Assembly (NCBI GenBank): GCA_040285745.1
Contig: JAUFOR010000008.1
Location: 558,001 to 622,000, forward strand
Reading direction: 5' to 3'
DNA from: Barthelona sp. PCE
Taxonomy: Eukaryota
DNA: 64,000 nucleotides
Shown here: positions 1 through 14,000 of the stretch, piece after piece
Layout: each line of letters begins with the position of its first letter
How positions within the stretch are numbered: the stretch's first letter is position 1
Position numbers and translations under genes: made by a program
The notes under the pieces: model-generated
Databases searched by the model: none
Told to the model about the DNA's origin: nothing
Seen by the model: the letters and a program-made list of their open reading frames with translations, nothing else

Positions 1-1313
1 GCAGGGGCGCTCATACCTTCGACTGGAACGTAAGTGTTGGCAGGTGCAATCTCACACTGAGCTAACCCACCAGGGGAATAGTAACCCTTGGCACAGTTAG
101 TAGGTGTAGTTGTTGTACCTGGACAGTACTTACCAGCTGGACAGCTTGAACATGAAGTGCTGTTCTCAGAACCCTGATATGTGCCTGGAGCACAAGGCAA
201 CGGCATAACATCAGAAGTGGGAGAAAAGTAACCAGTAGGTGTAGTTTCGCACCAAGCAGCACCACCGAGACTGTATGAGCCAGAGGCACATGCAACGGGT
301 GTGTCGGTACCAACTTCCATACAGTACTTACCAGCAGGACATGCTGAACACGAGCTCCTGCCATCGACAGGTGTGTAATATCCAGCAGGACAATCTGTTT
401 TGCTGCCTTCTACGCAGAAGCTACCTGCTTCGCATACAGTGCATGAAGTCTGTGAGCCACCACTAGTGTAGTAACCGTCGGGACATACCGAAGGGCCTTC
501 ATATGGTGTGGGGCAGTAGAAACCAGCAGTACAAGCAGCACAAGCAGCCTGTCCTTCTTCGAGTTGATATTCGCCAGATGTGCACATAGTGGGAGAATCG
601 TTTCCGGTGCCAGTACACTTGTGACCAACTGGACAAATGATTTGATATCCAAGACCACCGGGAGTGTAGTAACCCTCGGAGGCAGGAGTACAGGAAGTAT
701 CTCCGGGCATGGAATAATCACCAGCGCCACAAGCAGTACAAGCAGACTTGTTGGCGTTGGGGACAAAACCTCCAGGACAAAAGAAACCAGATTGACCTGG
801 TCCAGCAGGGCACACCATACCGCTCTCGCAGTCGGTACACTCCTCAGAACCAGCGCTAGAATACTGTCCGTCAGGGCACAGCGCAGGGGCGCTCATACCT
901 TCGACTGGAACGTAAGTGTTGGCAGGTGCAATCTCACACTGAGCTAACCCACCAGGGGAATAGTAACCCTTGGCACAGTTAGTAGGTGTAGTTGTTGTAC
1001 CTGGACAGTACTTACCAGCTGGACAGCTTGAACATGAAGTGCTGTTCTCAGAACCCTGATATGTGCCTGGAGCACAAGGCAACGGCATAACATCAGAAGT
1101 GGGAGAAAAGTAACCAGTAGGTGTAGTTTCGCACCAAGCAGCACCACCGAGACTGTATGAGCCAGAGGCACATGCAACGGGTGTGTCGGTACCAACTTCC
1201 ATACAGTACTTACCAGCAGGACATGCTGAACACGAGCTCCTGCCATCGACAGGTGTGTAATATCCAGCAGGACAATCTGTTTTGCTGCCTTCTACGCAGA
1301 AGCTACCTGCTTC
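1..1313. repeat. 882-bp (294-codon) direct tandem repeat inside the Cys-rich gene
   Basis: 1-431 is identical to 883-1313; shadow ORFs 62..364 and 944..1246 are identical at offset 882. Confidence 0.95.
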
Positions 1314-1789
1314 ACATGCAGTACATGACGTCTGGTTTGCCGCCGACGTATAGTACCCTGGTTCACAAATAGAAGGTGCAGAGAATACACTGGGTGAATA
1401 GAAGCCAATGGGAGTCTCAGAACAACTGTTTTGTCCTTCCAAATGCTGATAACCGCTTGGACAAATTGTTTGAGAACTTAAGCCAGTACCTTCACAATAG
1501 TGACCTTTAGCACAAAGCGTACAGGTTGTTTGGTTAACAAAAGCATTGTATGTGCCTTCAGGACAATCGTATTTATCGTTTCCGTCACAGTATGATCCAG
1601 CAGGGCAATCTTCACAAGAAGATACGGCGTAACTAAATGTAAGCTCAGTAAAATAGGGAATTATCGATAAAAAACACGTTAAAGCAAGAAAATCGATTTA
1701 ATAACAAACAATTGCATCTCAGGGCATGCAGTAGCCCCAATAGCCAACGCCAAAATGGCTATGAACACAAAAAACTGCAATTTATGCAT
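1..1789 (-). CDS. Cys-rich repeat secreted/surface protein (ephrin-receptor-like/GCC2-GCC3-type CPxGxYC repeats); 3' part runs off the window; exon 1 1789-1710, intron 1709-1633
   Basis: Missed by the ORF track. Manual translation: MHKLQFFVFIAILALAIGATA (signal peptide) CPEMQ/FYAVSSCEDCPAGSYCDGNDKYDCPEGTYN...CPAGKYC..., open to position 1 once a 77-nt GTTTGT...CTTACATTTAG intron is removed. Confidence 0.85.
1633..1709 (-). other. Spliceosomal intron, 77 nt
   Basis: GTTTGT donor and CTTACATTTAG acceptor; removal restores the frame between signal peptide and Cys-repeat ORF; contains an in-frame TAA if unspliced. Confidence 0.8.
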
Positions 1790-2087
1790 ATTAAAGTGCT
1801 CTAGAAAAGGAGTAAAAAAATAAAACGAATTTGTCTTTGTAGCTCTTCACTTTTACGCTTCAGATTCTTACTTTCCCTTGTCGAATACACAGCTTGCGTT
1901 TCAATCGTTGTGATAAGTAATGTTCTACATTCCAAATTATCGTTCCCAAAAACTTTGTGGTATCCAATTAGGGAATTTGTTATTCAATCATAACACTACC
2001 TTACCATAGCCATACTCACACTCTGGAGCAGGTCAGAAAGCTTCAACATAATAAAATATCATTGATAAATAAAATTTACAATCCCAT

Positions 2088-5000
2088 TTAGATGTTTTCC
2101 TGAATCTTATCGTACAACCGATTAGGAGCGACATCGATGAATATAGGGACATGGTTGTTTGCGAAGAAACCTGGGCTAGCCTTCACAAAAAGTTCAAAAC
2201 GATGTTCGTATGCAAGACCATAATGGAAAGTAATAGGAACATAATTTTCGTTTAGATTCTCGCGCAATACAGGGAACGTGTACAACGGAGGAAGAGAGCT
2301 ATAATACTCATTTGGTTGAGAAGGAACAAGGAAACCTTGAGCATTCATATGAGCAGCATTGCATGTACACCCGTAGAATACAGGATGATAAACGTCATGC
2401 GTTTCTGCATCGGGACATTCGGGATCGATTGAAGCAATAATCACGAATTCGTCAATCGAACGTTCGAGCGTGTATGCAAACTGCACCTCAATAACATTCT
2501 TAACATAATTGGGGTGAAGAATACCTTTCACAGGAATCTGTTTGGAGTCAAGAAGTAAATTAGTACCTAAGATTGACTGCATAAAAGAAACATAAGAACG
2601 CATCATAGAAAAGAATTTTGTGATGCTGATTACGCCAAAGGGTAATTTCTTCGTCCAAGACTTTGGTACATAGTCTTGCATTATGCGACGGAGTTTTTCA
2701 CGTGCTATACCGAGTGGTACAGTGTGTGTTTTTAGACAATCAATCAAAAGAGTAATATCCAGCTCTATAATGCTAATACCCTTGCGAAGCTGAGAGTGCA
2801 TTCCAATAACGTAACGGATAGCAGGCTGTAAAACATCAAGCTTCTCCAATTTATCACGAGATAACTCAAACGTCGGAATTTCCTGGAGCATGTCTTCAAG
2901 GCGATCAATTGTGTACTTTTTGATGTAATCAAGTTGACTTGCAACCGGTACTGTGACATTAGCACTGAACAGCGACGCATCTGAAGGGGAAGCGATAAGT
3001 CGATTGACTCCAACAGCGCCCCACGTGCTTTGATACATCTTCTTGCTCTTTGCAATGACATATGATGTGTACTCGAACGACAGCTCCAAACAGCAGCACA
3101 GATTCTCAAGGTCAACAAGCGTCAGCATACCACTTGGAGATGAGAAGTGTTTCTTCACTGCTGATTTGAAAGGTGACTGTGTCAGCGATGTCACTGACTG
3201 TGGGTTGTTAAGCAGCGTGAAGAACTTAATGGTCTTATCTGAGAAGAACTTTGCAAAATCCGGGTTACAAAGTACATACGGCTCAATGAAGAGAGCAGCA
3301 GCTGTCTCCACTGCAATATCACTGATATCACGAAGAGAAATATATCGGGAAACCTGGAATACACCATGACGTAACGCTGAAGGAGGGAGGGTGAAGCGGA
3401 AAACAGGGTTATATGTTTTCAAAGTTCTGAAGTACGCATCGATCATCAAACACGCATACACAAACTGCCTGTGAAGGAGCTCAAGCTGAGTATTGTCGAA
3501 CGCCTTATCGATGAGGTTGCGGTAGGTGATGATGTGCTGAGTCAGCGCTTGTTCGATGTAGTGCACATTCTGATGATGATAAACGTTGATATTGCAGCGC
3601 AGCGTGACTGCAATGTTGGGGATACTGCTTGAGCACACAACAACGTCGGCATTCAACTTTCCACACTGGTGGTAGTGATGCAGGAGATGCAGCACCGAAA
3701 CTCCGATTGTGGGGTTCGTCAGAATCGTGACGGAAGCATTGCTGGTAAGGCAATTGTGCAGCGCCTGGCGTTTCTCATGGGACACAACGTAGACAGGGTG
3801 TCTGTCGATCTTTATGAAACGACAGTGTGGCCTAATATCGTGTTCGGGCCAAGGCCCAATCCTGAGCGTGACATAACCGTTGGTGGAGGGCTTGGAAATC
3901 GAAAACGGACGGATACCAAAGAGCTGATGGATGAAGTGCACCAATACCGAGACACCACAGTCTTTGACGAGCGTCTGGATGATAATGAGCCTATCGAACG
4001 GTTTGAGTGATAGGCCCAGCTCAGATGGAAGTTCAAGCTTGAGATACATACCGTGCTCATACCACTCTTGCCACATACCGTGCTGAGTCTTGTTAATGAG
4101 AGATCTGAATATAGTAACGTATGAAGAGTCTGCACCAGCGTTGATTATGTCAACGAACGCATAGAACGCCTCCGTATTGATGAAACTGGGCAAGTTTTGA
4201 TCAGGAACATCGGTGATTACTGCGTTTGAAGGACCTTCCTCATCATCAGAACTATGATCTAAAGGAGCCTTGTTGAAGTCGTTTGCGTGCCATGGAATGA
4301 ACGATTCACAAAGAATGCTTCTCTCCATAACGTTGGGAAGACAAAAATCAAACTCAAACTCAATGTTAAGGAAGCGTAAAAGACTGTACAGCACCTCTTT
4401 CCCGACAATCTGTGTATGGTACGCAATGATGAGAGCAATTGAAAGACAAGTTGACAAGCGGTCTTGCTCTGGTAACAAAGGAAGTACACCGTTCTTCAAA
4501 AACTTCTTTGTGAACGTGAGAGCCACCTTTCTTCTGATTGCGACAAAGTCCAGAGCAGGATCATTACTTGCATCTTCATTGCCGAGACCGTTCATCTGTG
4601 CCATGAGAGATGACATGTCGTGCTTAACACTCTTGAGAGCAAACACAGAAGATCTTCTTCCATCTTTAGGATTTTTGAGTTGTGAAACCACCTCCTTCTT
4701 GATCTTATTACACGCCTCGTCGAATAAGATGACGATCTTTGCGGGATTGAAATTCATATTACACACCGAGCTTGTCTTCTGGATGATGTGTAACAAACAT
4801 GGTCCAATCTCCATAATTGACTGACGCTGTGCAAGTGCACTCTCAAATGCGCTCTCAAACTTTGTGAGCTGAGATTTGAGCTCTGCATATGAAATCTTGA
4901 GTGTACGCAGCTGATCTAAAACGTCAGGGTGAGCTAGCTTGTCAACAGAGACATCCTCCAACGAAAGAACGTCGAGGATCTCCTCTTCTAGACGCTGTTC

Positions 5001-8000
5001 CTCAAGAGACTGTTCGTACAACTGCTGAATAAGGTTCCGATAGTTTCCAATAGAAGGATCGTTGAGTTTCTCGAAATAGATGGAATCCAGCTTCATAGAT
5101 AGCTCGTTGAAGTCCGGGAATAAGTTGATTCGATGATTGGGTGAGAAGAAAAGATCAATATCAGCTAATGTATTGACGTTGAAGCTGACGGTCTCATCGA
5201 GAACTATGAAAATACAGCACATAGAATGAATTTCGATTTCACCGCCCGGAGTTGAGATTTGATAGATGGTACCTGCACTGTCATCGATCTCAAGCTGTGG
5301 CACACCATCTGTATCCAGGCACTTGGCCAGTGTCTCAGTGAGTTCGTTATGCTTTAAATCAGCAAAGGCTGTGAACAACCGGGAAAGGGTCTGGAACGTG
5401 CGTAACATGGCCTTGTCCTGCAGATGCAGATCGGTGCAAGGCATGTTATGAATGACAACGACGGTTGGTGACGAGATAACCGTGATCAGCTCATCGAATA
5501 GGTTGGAGTTGAATTCAAAGGTGTGATAATCATCAAAGCACTCATTCATAACATAGGAACACTCTTGATTGGAACTGTTGATTGCAGTGAGTCCCGTGAA
5601 CTGCTTGAGGAACTCGATTCTGTTGATGAGGTAAGTGCTGTGTCTTTGGGTAATAAGGCGGTATGCTCCACTGCGCTCATTCTGCAGGCGGATCAAGGTC
5701 GTAGCGAGCGTCGTACGGGTGAACTTCATGTTATATCTCTTCATAATACTCTTGAAAACTTCCAAGACTTCGAAATTCAGACTTTCATCGCTGCCAACAC
5801 TCAAGATCTCACCAAATAGAGCCATGGCGAGAGAGTCTACGAATGCATTCGTGTAAGACGTATTTGCTTGCTTTAAGTACAAATGCCATCTGGCGCTTTC
5901 AGCCAATAAGATCTGACTCAGTTCAGATACCTGTCTGGAGAGTGTGTCCAGCGTTTGGAGCTTGTTTTCGAGGGTCTCTACATGCTTAGTTGCTTGTGCG
6001 TAGTTATCACGAACATCCTTCAACTCCTTCCTCTTACCTTCGAGTTCCACCTTCTTCTCGCTCAGCGCCTTCAGCTCAGCATCCTTTTCGGCCTCAATCG
6101 TGTTGATGCGTCCCTGCTCCTCTACAGACATGATGTAAGCGTTGAGGTATCCATTCAGACAGTGAATGAATCGAGCGACCTGACTCCACGAAGTTGACAC
6201 ACGTGATATGGACGTCACTGTACAATCAACGTGATCAATGACAGGTGTCATGCGTTGTACAAAGTTTTCGTCAAGGTCATCAATGTGAATAGCCAGCAGC
6301 TGCTGCTTGACGCTATCAAACTTCTCGAGGTGGTGTGTTTTAAACGTGTCCCAGAACTGTTGGTCCTCTCCGTCGATGTCTTCACGGAGAATTGCGACGA
6401 TGACACGTGCTACAATAATGATACGCGGTGGTGGAATCTCCACCTCACCAATGGAGTCAAGGAGCTCGATACCATTGAGCTCGCGAAGCGTATCAAGTGC
6501 TTCGTCGTACTCACCCTTGTGATACTTGACTTGTGCGGCGATATCGGTATTAACCTTTGACGTCTCAGAATAACGCAGTGCGATATCGTCCGAATCAGAC
6601 TGAATCATCTTTGCAAGCTTCTCTACCTCACCAGCAAGTACCTTGTAGCGTGAATTAAGAGAGGATACTCGGAGCGAACCGCTTTCAATACCAGATTCCA
6701 ATCTTTGGCGATCGTTGTCGCTGCTTCCAGCGAGATCTTCGATTTCTTCAAGCACTGTCTTAGCTCTTGTTAGCTTTGAAATGCGCTTATGCTCGGAACC
6801 GCTGAGTTTAACGAAATGATTCACGAGGTTCAAAACGAAACGTTCGATGGATGTATTTGTGATAGCATATTGAGAGTTTTTAGCAATCTTTACCAACAAT
6901 TCAGCAATCGTGCTTAGTAGAGTGTCATCATCTATGTTACTCTCAATTCTAAACTTTTTAACGAGATTATCAGGGATGGTCACGTCATCGTAAACATCTT
7001 CGCCCAATAATTTGCAGAGCCAGACACGAACATACTCCTCGATGTCAAAGACAGAGGGCTCCTCGAAGATAACACGCTGGAAGTTCGTGAGAACGCTGGA
7101 GCAGTGATCGAAAGCCTTTAGGAAGCTTGATTGGTCGAACTGAATGAATACAAAGTGGATATTTTCGCGAATGTGCTTTCTAAACCTGTTGATAGCAATT
7201 GGCAAATCCTGCTCGACATTGAACACAGACGCGCAACGTCGCAGGATGGCAACAGGGTCGAAGAACTTGATTAATACGTGATCGTAGCCAGGGGATATGA
7301 GAGCCTGAATGAACATGGAAATCTCAGTGTTAATATGGGGCAGGAGGATGGTTGCTTTGCGGTGGGTCTGCTCGAATACAAGGTCAAAGATAAGTTCGAC
7401 ACATGATGCGGTGAACTCGTCAAACGCCAAAGATGAAAGGTTGTGGTATTTGTGCCCTAAGAGGAGAGATGCTTGCTCAAGCACAGTGTGCGCCAACTTA
7501 AAGCAGTGCCCGTTGGCGATGATGATATGTGAGTTCTTGAGCGTCAGTAACCTAATGATCGGCAGAATGTGACGCGAACCGTAACCAGCTTGAATGGCAG
7601 GCGACACATCACACTTGTTTTCTTCGAAAGCTTTAATCACGTGTCTTGTTGGATCCTCACACTTGAAATAACAGCGAGCGTCATCGATTTCAACCAGTGG
7701 TGAAAAGAATGTTTGCTCAGAGAGTGAGTTCGGCACGACATCAGAAGCTAAAACATCGAAGTCAACCATAAATGATTGGCTGAACGCCTTCTTGACGATA
7801 GATTTGTCTTCAGGGAGTAGTGCGTCACTGAATATTCGACAACTCTCGTGAAACACCAGTTTAACAAAATCAACGATTCCACTAATGCGCTTGATTGGGA
7901 TCTTACATATAGCCTCAACCATGTGTCCCAAGTGAGTGAAGTTCAGTGACATGCCGAGGTAACCACTTGACGAAGGTATCTTATTACGTAATTCAACAAA

Positions 8001-11000
8001 TAAGTTGGCAATGGAACCCGCATACGTGTCGATCATGCGTCCGAAAAAGTCTGCAATTGAAGAGTTCTCAAAAAGCTTCATGATGATTTCATGATACTGT
8101 TCAACCGGATAGTCATCACAACTGAGGTGGAAGACACGGTTTCTCAGACGGTTTCCAATCATATCAGAACCATAAGCGTTCGAAGCAGTTAGAACCAAAG
8201 ATGTGTTGTTTAACGTCACAAATTCGTTGTCAACGATACACATACCATCTACAAGGAAAGAGAGCATGTTTTCGATGGTGCTGATGTTACGAGTGTCGCG
8301 AACACGGCTGATGAGATAAGCAACCTGTGAACCATATTTGGCACCATAACGGGAACTGCCTCTGCGCATTAGAGGCTTGAAGAAATTACTTCTGATATCA
8401 TCAACAGTGATATTTTTGAAAACACCAATGTGATGTGAGTCGAAGCGATCGTTCTTCTTCTTCATTTCGTTGAGAGTACGCTTTGCAATTATGGTCTTTC
8501 CGATACCGACAGGGCCATCAATGAGCATAGACATGCCCGCATTGGTCAAAAGCTGAACGAGGTTAGCGGTACGTAAGACCTTCAACGTGGGGTATAGCTG
8601 ATGCGTTGAGTCATGCCCAATGAGGGACGATGCACTCACTTCTGAGAACTCCATCCAGACGGGATCAGAGTTACTCACATCTAAGAACAAGTCGTACAGA
8701 GACTGGCCAAATGGAATCTTGATCTTGAAGTGTGGTCTCTTACGGAGTATAGCCGACTTGGTTTGGGTTGCAAGACGATCACGGTCACGTGATGAAAGCG
8801 CTGAGCCAAGACCCCAAATTGTTGAAAACACAATTGCATGATCAATGTTGTTGAGCGCCTGTCGATTTCCGAATTCTGTCTCCAAATCAGGTCGACTGGC
8901 GATGAATTGCTTAATATGGGTTAAAAAGGATGATATCAATGCGAAAACTGAGTTGATGGGCGCAAGGGAGATACTTCCATGTGTACTCAGCTCCAACAAA
9001 GAAGGAAGCATACTCGACAGGACGGTTGAAATGTGCGTCTGATATATTTCGTCGATGTTGAGCAGCTTGGCCTTCTTCTCAATATAGCGCGGGATTGACG
9101 GAGAGCACGCAACGTGCAGCGTCGGAATAGCGCTGATGAGACGAGGGGTTAGCTTCAAATGATCAGCCACTTCTATAATAATTTTAAAGTTTGAAGGTAG
9201 AACCTTGATGGCGTTTTTATGTGACATCTTTGAGTTAACAAACAATAGAGGGTCGGTAACAAGCTGTAGGAAAGGACTAAACCATGATTTCATAACATCT
9301 CCTTCAATTGCCAAAATATACATCTTATCGGGATCATCAACGACGATATTGGAGATGAAACTATGTAAATCGTCCGCAAAACCGTCACCATTGATTCTCA
9401 TATATTTTGTAATGCAAATTTCATCAGCCTCAATGTTATTCTTGAGCGCGTGGTATTTTGAACAAAACTGAACATAAGCATCGACCAGCGTGGACTTACC
9501 CGAACCACTGTCACCCAGCAGCATGCAGATATGTTGCTCCTGGAAGAGCTGGTGGATGTTACGGATACCCTGCGCGATTTCTGTAGAAAGTGTTGTATCT
9601 AGAGCCATGACATTTCTGATTGCAACTTCCATGGTGTCTCTCACAAAGTTCTTGGGACGAACCTTGTTAAAGAAAGATTGTGCAAGGCGAATCAGGAAAG
9701 AGTGAGACTCCTTTGGCAGTTTATACAAGATCTGGTTTCTGAAGTGTGTTAGGATTGTTGAGAACTCGTAATTAGTGAGGTCCTCACACCCGAACTGAAC
9801 GCTGCGCTCTACGGCTGTGTGTAGTGCACAATGTATAATGCGGTGGTATGGATAGATCCTCAGATCTGGCTTGACAATCGTAACCGCAATTGTTGACAGA
9901 GCATAAAGCCTGCTACCAATGATTTTATGGTTTGGCGAGCCGTATGAACGGAATATGGCAACGAAATCGTCTTCTTTCAGTGGTGATGCAGCAACGTTCA
10001 CACCACTAGAGAAAGTGAGTCGGGTGTCAGCACAAAGCAGAACAAGGAACGGTGTATGGAGAGGGATGACGGTATTGTCGTAGACCACCGTTTCTTTTCC
10101 TCCGCGAATCGCCACATCAATGTCATGCAACAGTGAGTTGAACTCGAGTACACATGATGAAGAGAGACTACGGACACCAGAGAAACTGACTATTGAACCA
10201 GACAGAGCTGAACAGTAGATTGCATCAAAGATCTCCTTGAACGTTGTATTGGGACGGCAGACGAACATTCGGAGATTGATGCCGATGAAACACCTGAACA
10301 AACCCAACATTGGGATGAGAGAGAAGACGTCGGAAACCTGAATTGGACAACGTTGGGCGAACGCAAGAACAAGACCTCGGATAAGAGAGGTTCGTTCGTG
10401 CGTCAATGGTAAGAAAGAGAAGTTACTTGAATAATTTGGCTGAATTTTGATAGAAAGTGTTGAGTGCTCAATTACCAAAGCACCGACTTCCTTCTCCCTG
10501 AACTGTGGAAGAGCTGGGAGTATAAATGCCGGAGGCTCGATAGCTGCTCTTACGTCCCAATCTGGTAGCTCTTTAGGGATTGTTGGAGTGAGCAAACGAA
10601 GCTTAATAACCTGGTTGTAGTAGTTGATTCGACTGCCAAAATCATCAAGAGAGATGAACTTTGCAAGTACACCGACACAATACTCAAGAACAATTAAAAC
10701 TGAGCTTGCTACATGACGAAGTCTATTTTCATTATCAATTACAGACACGTCATCGTGAACCATTTCATTTGCCTTTTTCAACAGATGTAAAGAACTGTTT
10801 TGAACTTCATCATACAATTTGGAATATGCTGCCATATAACGTTTCTTAATGTTATTCAGTTTAGTGAAATCGTGCAATAAATAATCGAGATCACGAGTAA
10901 AAGTACAAAAGATGGCTACAATAATTGCCTGTTGTGGGAAGGAGCAGAACCAGTCAATAATATTTTTTTCATAGTTGAAATCAGCACATGCCTTACATGT

Positions 11001-14000
11001 GAAGTACCTAATCTTTTCAGAAAGAGAATCCTGAATCTTGATTGGGAATTCAAAAATTGAACACTCGGGGAAAGGTACCAGGAACGTCTCACCCATTTTT
11101 GTGGAGATACGCACGTAAATGCGGTCATTTGCCGTTTCACTAATGAACTGAAGATGGGCAAGATATGGATACAACATCAGCATCTTATTTGTAAATGCTG
11201 ATGAGTGCATATCTTTAAACCCGTACAATAAGAGTCTGTCAATGTATGAAAGAAGAGACACCCTGTTGAGGAACAGATTAACTGAAAGATTAAGAGTCTG
11301 CTCGTCTAAGAAGTGAATGAATTTCGGGGTTAACTCACGTGCTGTGTTTAAAAGATACGATGTCGACTGGCGCCAGTTTGAGGAGGCAACGACAAGCACA
11401 ATCTTCTTCTCAAGATACTTCTCCTTGACGTATTTATGGAAGCTATCAGCCAACTTTCGATACATCATGTGGAATTGCTTAGTGGCAACTTGTTTGGGAA
11501 AGGCCTGAGCAATAGACTTGATTCCAATGAATAGAGTTTGGAATTTCTGTAGCGTGATGCATACAATATGTAGAACGTTGAGCCATGAGCAGAACTTGAT
11601 TAATATCATGGGATCATCAAGATGAGTATCAGAAAACTGTTCCAATTGTTCAAAACTATGGTGCAGTACGTCTCTCAGTTTCTTGAACGATTTTTCCGAG
11701 AATATCATTGTCTGACTGGTATTGTCCACCTCGAATTCCCATAAAAGGCTTTCCAGAGTAAACTTGCACTGGTCTATCACTGTTTGAATAAGATTCTCTC
11801 GTTTCGCTCTGTTAACTATCTTTCCGACTGCATCTAGTTCCTCAACAATATTGACCTGATCAAGAATTGAACTCAGGGACCCAGAAAGGAAAGAGCGAAT
11901 GTCTTTATCGAAAATATCGTCAATACTAATCCAATGTCTAGTACGCAGCACCGGACAGCGAAGGTACCTGATGACAGGCGCGAGTTGGTTGAAATTAAGG
12001 ATATCCGACTTGAGTTTATCAAGCATTCGTGAATGACCTAAATTTTTGGAGTTTGCAAAGAAGACCTCATTTCTCAACTCACCCAGCTGATCGAGGTAGC
12101 CATCTATCTTGTTGGTGATATCATCTATATTAAGCGTAAGGAAAGAACTAAAGTTCCAATCAAAGTAATTAAGCTGCCAATTAACGCCGATTTCAAACAG
12201 ATTAACAAGTGGAATGAACTCGCTAGGAAGGTCAAAGAGACGCGAAAAGTCTGTTGCGCGACGCTTGAGGAGTCCTTCGTTCTTGGTGATTCTCTGAGAA
12301 AACTCGAAGAGCTCATCGTACTCCTCTTTCAAAGGACGGAGGATACTGAGCTCCCTCTTGTTATCATCGAGTGAATCCTGGTGATAAACGACAACAATAT
12401 CGTTAATCTTCGCCTGTAACGCCAAGAACTGATCATCGAAATCTTTCCTCCATTCTTGTAACTGCGTGTTAAAGTTCTCACGAAGCTGCCTGATATGTGA
12501 GATACGGCTTCTGTTGCTCTGTTCGATGCGTTTCGGCCATGCAAAGAGCTCAAAAAAGAGTTTCCAATATTCATCTTTGATACTCTTGAACAACTCTAGT
12601 TGAAGGAAAACTTCAAATGTTTCACAGAGGAAACTGTACTGTTGAGGCAGGTCTGAGAGCGCATTGTCAATGAACATTGCCCTCTTCTGCAGTTCTTGAG
12701 GATCCTTTGGTTCCATTGCAATGTACTCATCGGCCTCAGTGAACTTATCCTTCAGTTGGCAGAATATTCCATAACAGTGAGTCACCTCATGCTGAACCAG
12801 CGAGCTGACGACCTTGTCCGAAGCTTCTGATACGAGCGCCTTGAAGTTACTGACAGAGACAGAGAAAACACGCTTGATGGGATCCTGATCATGTGAAACA
12901 AAAAAGGAGAGGTCAAGAGCGTCAATGTTTTTAGCGCTAAATCTACTCACATCCTTGAGTACATCCGAAGTTATCTTGAATATATCAATTTTATGGTAAG
13001 CCAAGAAAAGCTCCGAGTAATCCTTGGTTGGCTCAACCATCATCTCCTCAACCTCGGCAACGGCCCTCTCAACAATTTCAAATACTTCCTGTGTTTCGTT
13101 ATTCTGTTCAAAAACTAACAAATCGTGTGTAGGCATGATACCGTTGATAAAACTGAGTGACTGATAAATATCATCAAGGAACTGCTTGAACTTGTGGTCA
13201 ATCTCACTTACTGAAGGACTAATACTGAAACCGCTTGGAGACTTATTGTCGAATAGAACTTCGAGAACAAACAGTGGGGATGATCTCAACAGACCAATTA
13301 GATGGTCCACCAATGCTGCATAGAGAACGGTGATTGCCTCCATTCGTATGAATCTGACAAGTTGATAGAAGCGTTCCCTCTCCGACTTGGGTGCCAGCTC
13401 TTCTGGCTTGGCCCACTCCTCATTGTAACACAAAGGGAGTACATCGACGAGCTCCTTGGTCCACACATCTCTGAGGTACTTTGAAAGTTCAATGAGTTTA
13501 CGGTATTGGAGCCCAAGCCATAGATCAAACGGCAACTGCTGTCTGAAATCAAATATGAGTGAATTTTTGATATTCTCACATGTATTGAACAATTTCTTAA
13601 AAAAGCGCTGATGTGCAACGGTTTTAAAATAAAAAGAAGAATTAATTCGATTCGAAACCTTTTCAAAATCAGAAAAAACTATATAATCTGGACTTTGAAC
13701 TATTTCATTTGGTTTAAATAATGCATTTCTATGAAGTGCAACTGAAAAACATTCGTTAATACCATGATCTAAAACATCCTCCGGTAATATACCAATTCTG
13801 TCAGCCAAGCTCATAAGAAACTTTTGGGGAATGTCAATGGGATGCTTCAGATGGAGATGTGATAAGTACTGCCCTTTAATATAATCTTGCTCTATCTCAT
13901 CACGAATCTTTTCCAATTCTTCCTTGATGACATTCAACTCCTCGTTTGATTGACCATCAAAAAGTAATGAGAAACGACTGACCTTTTTAGTGAACTCGTC

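Noticed and set aside
1-1313. Repeat as CRISPR array or LTR
   Set aside because: The unit is 882 bp, in frame and coding, with no spacers, terminal motifs or transposon ORFs.
62-1372. Short ORFs in the track over 62-1372
   Set aside because: They are shadow frames of the spliced Cys-rich gene on the minus strand.
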